From contig OZ024743.1 in assembly GCA_964016885.1 (NCBI GenBank), forward strand, positions 140,430,001 to 140,494,000: 64,000 nucleotides of DNA, written 5' to 3'. The translations under genes and the position numbers were made by a program. Positions 9,981 to 22,620 of the stretch are shown here, piece by piece; the first letter of the stretch is position 1, and every line of letters starts with the position of its first letter. Source of the DNA: Eledone cirrhosa. Lineage: Eukaryota. Under the pieces are notes generated by a model, which saw only the letters and a program-made list of their open reading frames with translations, was not told the DNA's origin and ran no database searches.

Positions 9981-12599
9981 TTTGGTGCTTGGTGCTTGGT
10001 GTTTGGTGCTTACTGTTTGGTGCTTGGTGCTTGGTGTTTGGTGTTTGCTGTTTGCTGTTTGGTGTTTGTTGTTTGGTGTTTGTTGTTTGGTGTTTGCTGT
10101 TTGGTGTTTGGTGTTTGCTTTTTGGTGTTTGGTGTTTGCTGTATGTTGTTTGGTGTTTGGTGTTTGGTGTTTGGTGTTTGGTGCTTGTTGCTTGGTGTTT
10201 GGTGCTTGGTGCTTGGTGTTTGGTGCCTGGTGCTTGGTGCTTGGTGCTTGGTGTTTGGTGTTTGGTGCTTGGTGCTTGGAGTTTGGTGTTTGGTGCTTGG
10301 TGCTTGGTGTTTCGTGTTTCGTGTTTGGTTTTTGGTGCTTGGTGCTTGGTGCTTGGTCCTTGGTGTTTGGTGCTGGGTGCATTGTGTTTGGTGCTTGGTG
10401 CTTGGTGCTTGGTGTTTGGTGTTTGCTGCTTGGTGTTTGATGCTTGGTGCTTGGTGGTTGGTGTTTTGTGTTTGTTGCTTGGTGCTTGGTGTTTGGTGCT
10501 TGGTGCTTGGTGCTTGGTGTTTGTACTTGGTGCTTGGTGATTGGTGTTTGGTTCTTGGTTCTTGGTGCTTGGTGTTTGGCGTTTGGTGTTTGGTGCTTGG
10601 TGCTTGGTGTTTGGTGCTTGGTGCTTGGTGTTTGGTGCCTGGTGCTTGGTGCTTGGTGCTTGGTGTTTGGTGTTTGGTGCTTGGTGCTTGGTGCTTGGAG
10701 TTTGGTGTTTGATGCTTGGTGCTTTGTGTTTTGTGTTTGGTGTTTGGTGTTTGGTGCTTGGTGCTTGGTACTTGGTGTTTGTACTTGGTGCTTGGTGCTT
10801 GGTGTTTGGTTCTTGGTTCTTGGTGTTTGGTACTTGGTGCTTGGTGCTTGATGTTTGGTGTTTGGTGCTTGGTGTTTGGTGCTTGGTACTTGGTGCTTGG
10901 TGCTTGGTGTTAGGTGTTTGGTGCTTGGTGCTTGGTGTTTGGTTTTTGGTGCTTGGTGCTTGGTGTTTGGTGTTTGGTGCTTGCTGCTGGCTGCTTGGTG
11001 TTTGATGCTTGGTGATTGGTGCTTGGTGTTTTGTGCTTGGTGTTTGGTGTTTGGTGCTAGGTGCTTGGTGTTTGGTGCTTGGTGCTTGGTGCTTGGTGTT
11101 TAGTGTTTGGTGTTAGGTGCTTGATGCTTGGTGTTTGGTGCTTGGTGCTGGGTGGTTGGTGTTTAGTGCTTGGTGTTTGGTGCTGGGTGCTTGGTGTTTG
11201 GTGCTTGGTGCTTGGTCTTTGGTGCTTGGTGTTTGGTGTTTGGTGCTTGGTGCTTGGTGCTTGGTGTTTGGTGCTTGGTGCTTGGTGTTTGGTGCTTGGT
11301 GCTTAGTGTTTGGTGCTTGGTGCTTAGTGTTTGGTGCTAGGTGCTTGGTGTTTGGTGCTTGGTGCTTGGTGTGTGGTGCCTGGTGCTTGGTGTTTGGTGT
11401 TTGGTGTTTGGTGCTTGGTGCTTGGTGTTTGGTGTTTGCTGTTTGCTGTTTGGTGTTTGTTGTTTGGTGTTTGTTGTTTGGTGTTTGCTGTTTGGTGCTT
11501 GGTGTTTGCTTTTTGGTGTTTGGTGTTTGCTGTATGTTGTTTGCTGTTTGGTGTTTGGTGTTTGGTGTTTGGTGCTTGGTGCTTGGTGTTTGGTGCTTGG
11601 TGCTTGGTGTTTGGTGCCTGGTGCTTGGTGCTTGGTGCTTGGTGTTTGGTGTTTGGTGCTTGGTGCTTGGAGTTTGGTGTTTGGTGCTTGGTGCTTGGTG
11701 TTTCGTGTTTCGTGTTTGGTTTTTGGTGCTTGGTGCTTGGTGCTTGGTCCTTGCTGTTTGGTGCTGGGTGCATTGTGTTTGGTGCTTGGTGCTTGGTGCT
11801 TGGTGTTTGGTGTTTGCTGCTTGGTGTTTGATGCTTGGTGCTTGGTGCTTGGTGTTTTGTGTTTGGTGCTTGGTGCTTGGTGTTTGGTGCTTGGTGCTTG
11901 GTGCTTGGTGTTTGTACTTGGTGCTTGGTGTTTGGTTCTTGGTTCTTGGTGTTTGGTGTTTGGCGTTTGGTGTTTGGTGCTTGGTGCTTGGTGTTTGGTG
12001 CTTGGTGCTTGGTGTTTGGTGCCTGGTGCTTGGTGCTTGGTGCTTGGTGTTTGGTGTTTGGTGCTTGGTGCTTGGTGATTGGAGTTTGGTGTTTGGTGCT
12101 TGGTGCTTTGTGTTTTGTGTTTGGTGTTTGTTTTTAGGTGCTTGGTGCTTGGTCCTTGGTGTTTGGTGCTGGGTGCTTTGTGTTTGGTGCTTGGTGCTTG
12201 GTGTTTGGTGTTTGCTGCTTGGTGTTTGATGCTTGGTGCTTGGTGCTTGGTGTTTTGTGTTTGGTGCTTGGTGTTTGTACTTGGTGCTTGGTGCTTGGTG
12301 TTTGGTTCTTGGTTCTTGGTGTTTGGTACTTGGTGCTGGGTGCTTGATGTTTGGTGTTTGGTGCTTGGTGTTTGGTGCTTGGTGCTTGGTGCTTGGTGTT
12401 AGGTGTTTGGTGCTTGGTCCTTGGTGTTTGGTGCTTGGTGTTTGGTGTTTGCTGTTTGGTGTTTGGTGTTTGGTGTTTGCTGTTTGGTGTCTGCTTTTTG
12501 GTGTTCAGTGTTTGCTGTATGGTGTTTGGTGTTTGCTGTTTGGTGTTTGGTCTTTGGTGCTTGGTGTTTGGTGCTTGGTGCTTGGTGTTTGGTGTTTGG

Positions 12600-15500
12600 T
12601 GTTTGGTGCTTGGTGTTTGGTGTTTGGTGCTTGGTGTTTGGTGTTTGGTGCTTGGTGTTTGGTGTTTGGTGCTTGGTGTCTGGTGCTTGGTGTTTGGTGT
12701 TTGGTGTTTGGTGTTTGGTGTGTAGTGCTTGGTGCATGGTGTTTGGTGTTTCGTGTTTGGTGCTTGGTGTCTGGTGCTTGGTGTTTGGTGTTTGGTGTTT
12801 GGTGTTTGGTGTTTGGTGTTTGGTGCTTGGTGCTTGGTGCGTGGTGTTTGGTGTTTGGTGCTTGGTGTTTGGTGCTTGGTGCTGGGTGGTTGGTGTTTGG
12901 TGCTTGGTGTTTGGTGTTTGGTGTTTGATGCTTGGTGCTTGGTGTTTGGTGATTGGTGCTTGGTGCTTGGTGCTTGGTGCTTGGTGTTTGGTGCTTGGTG
13001 CTTGGTGTTTGGTGCTTGGTGCTTGGTGTTTGGTTTTTGGTGCTTGGTGTTTGGTGTTTGGTGTTTGGTGCTTGCTGCTGGCTGCTTGGTGTTTGATGCA
13101 TGGTGATTTGTGCTTGGTGATTGGTGTTTGTACTTGGTGCTTGGTGCTTGGTTCTTGGTGTTTGGTGCTTGGTGCTTGGTGTTTGGTGTTATATGCTTGG
13201 TGTTTGATGCTTGGTGCTTGGTGCTTGGTGTTTGGTGTTTGGTGTTTGATGCTTGGTGCTTGGTGTTTGGTGCTTGGTGCTTGGTGTTTGTACTTGGTGC
13301 TTGGTGCTTGGTGCTTGTTGTTTGGTGCTTGGTGTTTGGTGCTTGGTGCTTGGTGCTTGGTCCTTGGTGCTTGGTGTTTGGTGGTTGGTGTTTGGTGGTT
13401 GGTGTTAGGTGTTTGGTGCTTGGTGTTTGGTGTTTGGTGTTTGGTGCTTGGTGTTTGGTGTTTGGTGCTTGGTGTTTGGTGCTTGGTACTTGGTGCTTGG
13501 TGCTTGGTGTTAGGTGTTTGGTGCTTGGTGTTTGGTGCTTGGTGTTTGGTGCTTGGTGCTTGGTGCTTGGTGCTTGGTGTTTGGTGGTTGGTGTTTGGTG
13601 CTTGGTGTTTGGTGCTTGGTGTTACGTGTTTGGTGCTTGGTGCTTGGTGTTCGGTGTTTGGTGCTTGGTGTTTGGTGTTTGGTGCTTGGTGTTTGGTGCT
13701 TTTTGCTTGGTGCTTGGTGCTTGGTGTTTGGTGCTGGGTGCTTGGTGCTTGGTGTTTGGTGTTATATGCTTGGTGTTTGATGCTTGGTGCTTGGTGCTTG
13801 GTGTTTGGTGTTTGGTGCTTGGTGTTTGATGCTTGGTGCTTGGTGCTTGGTGTTTGGTGCTTGGTGCTTGGTGTTTGGTGCTTGGTGCTTGGTGTTTGGT
13901 GCTTGGTGTTTGGTGCTTGGTGTTTGGTGCTTGGTGCTTGGTGCTTGGTGCTTGGTGTTTGGTGCTTGGTGTTTGGTGCTTGGTGCTTGGTGCTTGGTGC
14001 TTGGTGCTTGGTGTTTGGTGGTTGGTGTTTGGTGCTTGGTGTTAGGTGTTTGGTGCTTGGTGCTTGGTGTTTGGTGTTTGGTGCTTGGTGTTTGGTGTTT
14101 GGTGCTTGGTGTTTGGTGCTTGGTACTTGGTGCTTGGTGCTTGGTGTTAGGTGTTTGGTGCTTGGTGTTTGGTGCTTGGTGTTTGGTGGTTGGTGTTTGG
14201 TGCTTGGTGTTAGGTGTTTGGTGCTTGGTGCTTGGTGTTTGGTGTTTGGTGCTTGGTCTTTGGTGTTTGGTGCTTGGTGTTTGGTGCTTTTTGCTTGGTG
14301 CTTGGTGCTTGGTGTTTGGTGCTTGGTTCTTGGTGTTTGGTGCTGGGTGCTTGGTGTTTGGTGTTTGGTGTTATATGCTTGGTGTTTGATGCTTGGTGCT
14401 TGGTGCTTGGTGTTTGGTGTTTGGTGCTTGGTGTTTGATGCTTGGTGCTTGGTGCTTGGTGTTTGGTGCTTGGTGCTTGGTGCTTGGTGTTTGGTGCTTG
14501 GTGTTTGGTGCTTGGTATTTGGTGCTTGGTGCTTGGTGCTTGGTGTTTGGTGGTTGGTGCTTGGTGCTTGGTGTTAGGTGTTTGGTGCTTGGTGCTTGGT
14601 GTTTGGTGTTTGGTGCTTGGTGTTTGGTGTTTGGTGTTTGGTGTTTGGTGCTTGGTACTTGGTGCTTGGTGCTTGGTGTTAGGTGTTTGGTGCTTGGTGT
14701 TTGGTGTCTGGTTTTTGGTGTTTGGTGCTTGGTGATTGGTGCTTGGTGTTTGGTGCTTGGTGTTTGGTGTTTGGTGCTAGGTGCTTGGTGTTTGGTGCTT
14801 GGTGCTTGGTGTTTGTACTTGGTGCTTGGTGCTTGGTTCTTGGTGTTTGGTGCTTGGTGCTTGGTGTTTGGTGCTTGGTGTTTGGTGCATGGTGTTTGGT
14901 GCTTGGTGTTTGGTGCTTGGTGCTTGGTGCTTGGTGTTTGGTGCTTGGTGTTTGGTGCTTGGTGTTAGGTGTTTGGTGCTTGGTGCTTGGTGTTAGGTGT
15001 TTGGTGCTTGGTATTTGGTGCTTGGTGTTTGGTGCTTGGTGCTTGGTGCTTGGTGCTTGGTGTTTGGTGGTTGGTGTTTGGTGCTTGGTGTTAGGTGTTT
15101 GGTGCTTGGTGCTTGGTGTTTGGTGTTTGGTGCTTGGTGTTTGGTGTTTGGTGCTTGGTGTTTGGTGCTTTTTGCTTGGTGCTTGGTGCTTGGTGTTTGG
15201 TGCTTGGTTCTTGGTGTTTGGTGCTGGGTGCTTGGTGTTTGGTGTTTGGTGTTATATGCTTGGTGTTTGATGCTTGGTGCTTGGTGCTTGGTGTTTGGTG
15301 TTTGGTGCTTGGTGTTTGGTGCTTGGTGCTTGGTGTTTGGTGCTTGGTGCTTGGTGCTTGGTGTTTGGTGCTTGGTGCTTGGTGTTAGGTGTTTGGTGCT
15401 TGGTGCTTGGTGTTTGGTGTTTGGTGCTTGGTGTTTGGTGTTTGGTGTTTGGTGTTTGGTGCTTGGTACTTGGTGCTTGGTGCTTGGTGTTAGGTGTTTG

Positions 15501-17220
15501 GTGCTTGGTGTTTGGTGTCTGGTTTTTGGTGCTTGGTGCTAGGTGTTTGGTGCTTGCTGCTGGCTGCTTGGTGTTTGGTGCTTGGTGATTGGTGCTTGGT
15601 GTTTGGTGCTTGGTGTTTGGTGCTTGGTGCTTGGTGTTTGTACTTGGTGCTTGGTGCTTGGTGCTTGGTGTTTGGTGCTTGGTGTTTGGTGCTTGGTGCT
15701 TGGTGCTTGGTCCTTGGTGCTTGGTGTTTGGTGGTTGGTGTTTGGTGGTTGGTGTTAGGTGTTTGGTGCTTGGTGCTTGGTGCTTGGTCCTTGGTGCTTG
15801 GTGTTTGGTGGTTGGTGTTTGGTGGTTGGTGTTAGGTGTTTGGTGCTTGGTGCTTGGTGTTTGGTGTTTGGTGCTTGGTGTTTGGTGTTTGGTGCTTGGT
15901 GTTTGGTGCTTGGTACTTGGTGCTTGGTGCTTGGTGTTAGGTGTTTGGTGATTGGTGTTTGGTGCTTGGTGTTTGGTGCTTGGTGCTTGGTGCTTGGTGC
16001 TTGGTGTTTGGTGGTTGGTGTTTGGTGCTTGGTGTTTGGTGCTTGGTGTTACGTGTTTGGTGCTTGGTGCTTGGTGTTTGGTGTTTGGTGCTTGGTGTTT
16101 GGTGTTTGGTGCTTGGTGTTTGGTGCTTTTTGCTTGGTGCTTGGTGCTTGGTGTTTGGTGCTGGGTGCTTGGTGCTTGGTGTTTGGTGTTATATGCTTGG
16201 TGTTTGATGCTTGGTGCTTGGTGCTTGGTGTTTGGTGTTTGGTGCTTGGTGCTTGGTATTTGGTGCTTGGTGCTTGGTGTTTGGTGCTTGGTGCTTGGTG
16301 TTTGGTGCTTGGTGTTTGGTGCTTGGTGTTTGGTGCTTGGTGCTTGGTGCTTGGTGCTTGGTGTTTGGTGTTTGGTGCTTGGTGTCTGGTGCTTGGTGTC
16401 TGGTGCTTGGTGTTTGGTGTTTGGTGCTTGGTGTTTGGTGCTGGGTGCTTGGTGCTTGGTGTTTGGTGTTATATGCTTGGTGTTTGATGCTTGGTGCTTG
16501 GTGCTTGGTGTTTGGTGTTTGGTGCTTGGTGCTTGGTATTTGGTGCTTGGTGCTTGGTGTTTGGTGCTTGGTGCTTGGTGTTTGGTGTTTGGTGCTTGGT
16601 GTTTGGTGTTTGGTGCTTGGTGTTTGGTGTTTGGTGCTTGGTGTTTGGTGTTTGGTGCTTGGTGTCTGGTGCTTGGTGTTTGGTGTTTGGTGTTTGGTGT
16701 TTGGTGTGTAGTGCTTGGTGCTTGGTGTTTGGTGTTTCGTGTTTGGTGCTTGGTGTCTGGTGCTTGGTGTTTGGTGTTTGGTGTTTGGTGTTTGGTGTTT
16801 GGTGTTTGGTGCTTGGTGCTTGGTGCGTGGTGTTTGGTGTTTGGTGCTTGGTGTTTGGTGCTTGGTGCTGGGTGGTTGGTGTTTGGTGCTTGGTGTTTGG
16901 TGTTTGGTGTTTGATGCTTGGTGCTTGGTGTTTGGTGATTGGTGCTTGGTGCTTGGTGCTTGGTGCTTGGTGTTTGGTGCTTGGTGCTTGGTGTTTGGTG
17001 CTTGGTGCTTGGTGTTTGGTTTTTGGTGCTTGGTGTTTGGTGTTTGGTGTTTGGTGCTTGCTGCTGGCTGCTTGGTGTTTGATGCATGGTGATTTGTGCT
17101 TGGTGATTGGTGTTTGTACTTGGTGCTTGGTGCTTGGTTCTTGGTGTTTGGTGCTTGGTGCTTGGTGTTTGGTGTTATATGCTTGGTGTTTGATGCTTGG
17201 TGCTTGGTGCTTGGTGTTTG
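12600..17220 (+). repeat. Dispersed direct duplication of about 0.6 kb (about 12600-13230 and about 16590-17220, offset 3986)
   Basis: ORFs 12729..13106 and 16715..17092 are nearly identical. The private marker TGTAGTG is at 12721 and 16707, and TGCGTGG is at about 12838 and 16824. Confidence 0.85.
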
Positions 17221-18049
17221 GTGTTTGGTGCTTGGTGCTTGGTATTTGGTGCTTGGTGCTTGGTGTTTGGTGCTTGGTGCTTGGTGTTTGGTGCTTGGTG
17301 TTTGGTGCTTGGTGTTTGGTGCTTGGTGCTTGGTGCTTGGTGCTTGGTGTTTGGTGCTTGGTGTTTGGTGCTTGGTGCTTGGTGCTTGGTGCTTGGTGCT
17401 TGGTGTTTGGTGGTTGGTGTTTGGTGCTTGGTGTTAGGTGTTTGGTGCTTGGTGCTTGGTGTTTGGTGTTTGGTGCTTGGTGTTTGGTGTTTGGTGCTTG
17501 GTGTTTGGTGCTTGGTACTTGGTGCTTGGTGCTTGGTGTTAGGTGTTTGGTGTTTGGTGTTTGGTGCTTGGTGTTTGGTGGTTGGTGTTTGGTGCTTGGT
17601 GTTAGGTGTTTGGTGCTTGGTGCTTGGTGTTTGGTGTTTGGTGCTTGGTGTTTGGTGTTTGGTGCTTGGTTCTTGGTGTTTGGTGCTGGGTGCTTGGTGT
17701 TTGGTGTTTGGTGTTATATGCTTGGTGCTTGGTGCTTGGTGTTTGGTGTTTGGTGCTTGGTGTTTGATGCTTGGTGCTTGGTGCTTGGTGTTTGGTGCTT
17801 GGTGCTTGGTGCTTGATGTTTGGTGCTTGGTGTTTGGTGCTTGGTGTTTGGTGCTTGGTGCTTGGTGCTTGGTGTTTGGTGGTTGGTGCTTGGTGCTTGG
17901 TGTTAGGTGTTTGGTGCTTGGTGCTTGGTGTTTGGTGTTTGGTGCTTGGTGTTTGGTGTTTGGTGTTTGGTGTTTGGTGCTTGGTACTTGGTGCTTGGTG
18001 CTTGGTGTTAGGTGTTTGGTGCTTGGTGTTTGGTGTTTGGTTTTTGGTG

Positions 18050-19480
18050 TTTGGTGCTTGGTGATTGGTGCTTGGTGTTTGGTGCTTGGTGTTTGGTGTT
18101 TGGTGCTAGGTGCTTGGTGTTTGGTGCTTGGTGCTTGGTGTTTGTACTTGGTGCTTGGTGCTTGGTTCTTGGTGTTTGGTGCTTGGTGCTTGGTGTTTGG
18201 TGCTTGGTGCTTGGTGTTTGGTGCTTGGTGTTTGGTGCTTGGTGTTTGGTGCTTGGTGCTTGGTGCTTGGTGTTTGGTGCTTGGTGTTAGGTGCTTGGTG
18301 TTAGGTGTTTGGTGCTTGGTGCTTGGTGTTAGGTGTTTGGTGCTTGGTATTTGGTGCTTGGTGCTTGGTGTTTGGTGCTTGGTGCTTGGTGCTTGGTGTT
18401 TGGTGGTTGGTGTTTGGTGCTTGGTGTTAGGTGTTTGGTGCTTGGTGCATGGTGTTTGGTGTTTGGTGCTTGGTGTTTGGTGTTTGGTGCTTGGTGTTTG
18501 GTGCTTTTTGCTTGGTGCTTGGTGCTTGGTGTTTGGTGCTTGGTTCTTGGTGTTTGGTGCTGGGTGCTTGGTGTTTGGTGTTTGGTGTTATATGCTTGGT
18601 GTTTGATGCTTGGTGCTTGGTGCTTGGTGTTTGGTGTTTGGTGCTTGGTGTTTGGTGCTTGGTGCTTGGTGTTTGGTGCTTGGTGCTTGGTGTTAGGTGT
18701 TTGGTGCTTGGTGCTTGGTGTTTGGTGTTTGGTGCTTGGTGTTTGGTGTTTGGTGTTTGGTGTTTGGTGCTTGGTACTTGGTGCTTGGTGCTTGGTGTTA
18801 GGTGTTTGGTGCTTGGTGTTTGGTGTCTGGTTTTTGGTGCTTGGTGCTTGGTGTTTGGTGCTTGCTGCTGGCTACTTGGTGTTTGGTGCTTGGTGATTGG
18901 TGCTTGGTGTTTGGTGCTTGGTGTTTGGTGTTTGGTGCTAGGTGCTTGGTGTTTGGTGCTTGGTGCTTGGTGTTTGTACTTGGTGCTTGGTGCTTGGTTC
19001 TTGGTGTTTGGTGCTTGGTGCTTGGTGTTTGGTGCTTGGTGCTTGGTGTTTGGTGCTTGGTGTTTGGTGCTTGGTGTTTGGTGCTTGGTGCTTGGTGCTT
19101 GGTGTTTGGTGCTTGGTGTTTGGTGCTTGGTGTTAGGTGTTTGGTGCTTGGTGCTTGGTGTTAGGTGTTTGGTGCTTGGTGTTTGGTGCTTGGTGTTTGG
19201 TGCTTGGTGCTTGGTGCTTGGTGCTTGGTGTTTGGTGGTTGGTGTTTGGTGCTTGGTGTTAGGTGTTTGGTGCTTGGTGCTTGGTGTTTGGTGTTTGGTG
19301 CTTGGTGTTTGGTGTTTGGTGCTTGGTGTTTGGTGCTTTTTGCTTGGTGCTTGGTGCTTGGTGTTTGGTGCTTGGTGCTTGGTGTTTGGTGCTGGGTGCT
19401 TGGTGTTTGGTGTTTGGTGTTATATGCTTGGTGTTTGATGCTTGGTGCTTGGTGCTTGGTGTTTGGTGTTTGGTGCTTGG
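18050..19480 (+). repeat. Sub-HOR of about 830-880 bp inside the 5 kb unit (period 832 here, 860 at 23.0-24.4 kb and 28.1-29.5 kb, 881 at 14.2-15.3 kb)
   Basis: ORF offsets: 18110/18942, 18333/19165 and 18431/19263 = 832; 23040/23900, 23361/24221 and 28166/29026 = 860; 14214/15095 = 881. Each equals 7n - 1 and contains one TTGTAC hexamer. Confidence 0.82.
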
Positions 19481-22059
19481 TGTTTGATGCTTGGTGCTTG
19501 GTGCTTGGTGTTTGGTGCTTGGTGCTTGGTGTTTGGTGCTTGGTGCTTGGTGTTTGGTGCTTGGTGTTTGGTGCTTGGTGTTTGGTGCTTGGTGCTTGGT
19601 GCTTGGTGCTTGGTGTTTGGTGGTTGGTGCTTGGTGCTTGGTGTTAGGTGTTTGGTGCTTGGTGCTTGGTGTTTGGTGTTTGGTGCTTGGTGTTTGGTGT
19701 TTGGTGCTTGGTGTTTGGTGCTTGGTACTTGGTGCTTGGTGCTTGGTGTTAGGTGTTTGGTGCTTGGTGTTTGGTGTCTGGTTTTTGGTGCTTGGTGCTT
19801 GGTGCTTAGTGTTTGGTGCTTGGTGCTTAGTGTTTGGTGCTAGGTGCTTGGTGTTTGGTGCTTGGTGCTTGGTGTTTGGTGCCTGGTGCTTGGTGTTTGG
19901 TGTTTGGTGTTTGGTGCTTGGTGCTTGGTGTTTGCTGTTTGCTGTTTGTTGTTTGGTGTTTGCTGTTTGGTGTTTGGTGTTTGCTTTTTGGTGCTTGGTG
20001 TTTGATGCTTGGTGCTTGGTGCTTGGTGTTTGGTGCTTGGTGCTTGGTGTTTGGTGTTTGGTGCTTGGTGCTTGGTGTTTGGTGCTTGCTGCTGGCTGCT
20101 TGGTGTTTGGTGCTTGGTGATTGGTGCTTGGTGTTTGGTGCTTGGTGTTTGGTGTTTGGTGCTAGGTGCTTGGTGTTTGGTGCTTGGTGCTTGGTGTTTG
20201 TACTTGGTGCTTGGTGCTTGGTTCTTGGTGTTTGGTGCTTGGTGTTTGGTGTTTGGTGCTTGGTGCTTGGTGTTTGGTGCTTGGTGTTTGGTGCTTGGTG
20301 TTAGGTGTTTGGTGCTTGGTGCTTGGTGTTTGGTGTTTGGTGCTTGGCGTTTGGTGTTTGGTGTTATATGCTTGGTGTTTGATGCTTGGTGCTTGGTGCT
20401 TGGTGTTTGGTGCTTGGTGTTTGATGCTTGGTGCTTGGTGCTTGGTGTTTGGTGCTTGGTGCTTGGTGTTTGTACTTGGTGCTTGGTGCTTGGTTCTTGG
20501 TGTTTGGTGCTTGGTGCTTGGTGTTTGGTGTTTGGTGCTTGGTGTTTGGTGCTTGGTGTTTGGTGCTTGGTGCTTGGTGCTTAGTGCTTGGTGTTTGGTG
20601 CTTGGTGTTAGGTGTTTGGTGCTTGGTGCTTGGTGTTTGGTGTTTGGTGCTTGGTGTTTGGTGCTTGGTGTTTGGTGTTAGGTGTTTGGTGCTTGGTGTT
20701 TGGTGTTTGGTGCTTGGTGTTTGGTGCTTGGTGTTTGGTGCTTGGTGTTTGGTGCTTGGTACTTGGTGCTTGGTGCTTGGTGTTAGGTGTTTGGTGCTTG
20801 GTGCTTGGTGTTTGGTTTTTGGTGCTTGGTGCTTGGTGTTTGGTGTTTGGGGCTTGCTGCTGGCTGCTTGGTGTTTGGTGCTTGGTGCTTGGTGTTTGGT
20901 GTTTGGTGTTAGGTGCTTGATGCTTGGTGTTTGGTGCTTGGTGCTGGGTGGTTGGTGTTTAGTGCTTGGTGTTTGGTGCTGGGTGCTTGGTGTTTGGTGC
21001 TTGGTGCTTGGTGTTTGGTGCTTGGTGTTTGGTGCTTGGTGTTTGGTGCTTGGTGCTTGGTGCTTGGTGTTTGGTGCTTGGTGTTTGGTGCTTGGTGTTA
21101 GGTGTTTGGTGCTTGGTGCTTGGTGTTAGGTGTTTGGTGCTTGGTATTTGGTGCTTGGTGTTTGGTGCTTGGTGCTTGGTGCTTGGTGCTTGGTGTTTGG
21201 TGGTTGGTGTTTGGTGCTTGGTGTTAGGTGTTTGGTGCTTGGTGCTTGGTGTTTGGTGTTTGGTGCTTGGTGTTTGGTGTTTGGTGCTTGGTGTTTGGTG
21301 CTTTTTGCTTGGTGCTTGGTGCTTGGTGTTTGGTGCTTGGTTCTTGGTGTTTGGTGCTGGGTGCTTGGTGTTTGGTGTTTGGTGTTATATGCTTGGTGTT
21401 TGATGCTTGGTGCTTGGTGCTTGGTGTTTGGTGTTTGGTGCTTGGTGTTTGGTGCTTGGTGCTTGGTGTTTGGTGCTTGGTGCTTGGTGCTTGGTGTTTG
21501 GTGCTTGGTGCTTGGTGTTAGGTGTTTGGTGCTTGGTGCTTGGTGTTTGGTGTTTGGTGCTTGGTGTTTGGTGTTTGGTGTTTGGTGTTTGGTGCTTGGT
21601 ACTTGGTGCTTGGTGCTTGGTGTTAGGTGTTTGGTGCTTGGTGTTTGGTGTCTGGTTTTTGGTGCTTGGTGCTTGGTGTTTGGTGCTTGCTGCTGGCTGC
21701 TTGGTGTTTGGTGCTTGGTGATTGGTGCTTGGTGTTTGGTGCTTGGTGTTTGGTGCTTGGTGCTTGGTGTTTGTACTTGGTGCTTGGTGCTTGGTGCTTG
21801 GTGTTTGGTGCTTGGTGTTTGGTGCTTGGTGCTTGGTGCTTGGTCCTTGGTGCTTGGTGTTTGGTGGTTGGTGTTTGGTGGTTGGTGTTAGGTGTTTGGT
21901 GCTTGGTGCTTGGTGCTTGGTCCTTGGTGCTTGGTGTTTGGTGGTTGGTGTTTGGTGGTTGGTGTTAGGTGTTTGGTGCTTGGTGCTTGGTGTTTGGTGT
22001 TTGGTGCTTGGTGTTTGGTGTTTGGTGCTTGGTGTTTGGTGCTTGGTACTTGGTGCTTG

Positions 22060-22620
22060 GTGCTTGGTGTTAGGTGTTTGGTGCTTGGTGTTTGGTGCTT
22101 GGTGTTTGGTGCTTGGTGCTTGGTGCTTGGTGTTTGGTGGTTGGTGTTTGGTGCTTGGTGTTTGGCGCTTGGTGTTACGTTTTTGGTGCTTGGTGCTTGG
22201 TGTTTGGTGTTTGGTGCTTGGTATTTGGTGTTTGGTGCTTGGTGTTTGGTGCTTTTTGCTTGGTGCTTGGTGCTTGGTGTTTGGTGCTGGGTGCTTGGTG
22301 CTTGGTGTTTGGTGTTATATGCTTGGTGTTTGATGCTTGGTGCTTGGTGCTTGGTGTTTGGTGTTTGGTGCTTGGTGCTTGGTGTTTGGTGCTTGGTGTT
22401 TGGTGCTTGGTGTTTGGTGGTTGGTGTTTGGTGCTTGGTGTTTGGTGCTTGGTGTTACGTGTTTGGTGCTTGGTGCTTGGTGTTTGGTGTTTGGTGCTTG
22501 GTATTTGGTGTTTGGTGCTTGGTGTTTGGTGCTTTTTGCTTGGTGCTTGGTGCTTGGTGTTTGGTGCTGGGTGCTTGGTGCTTGGTGTTTGGTGTTATAT
22601 GCTTGGTGTTTGATGCTTGG
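22060..22620 (+). repeat. 280-bp (40-unit) tandem duplication; also at about 27180-27740, with a related 280-bp spacing at 16188/16468
   Basis: The TTACG ... TTTTTGC ... TGGGTGC ... GTTATAT marker series repeats with GTTATAT at 22314 and 22594, and at about 27439 and 27719. Confidence 0.85.
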
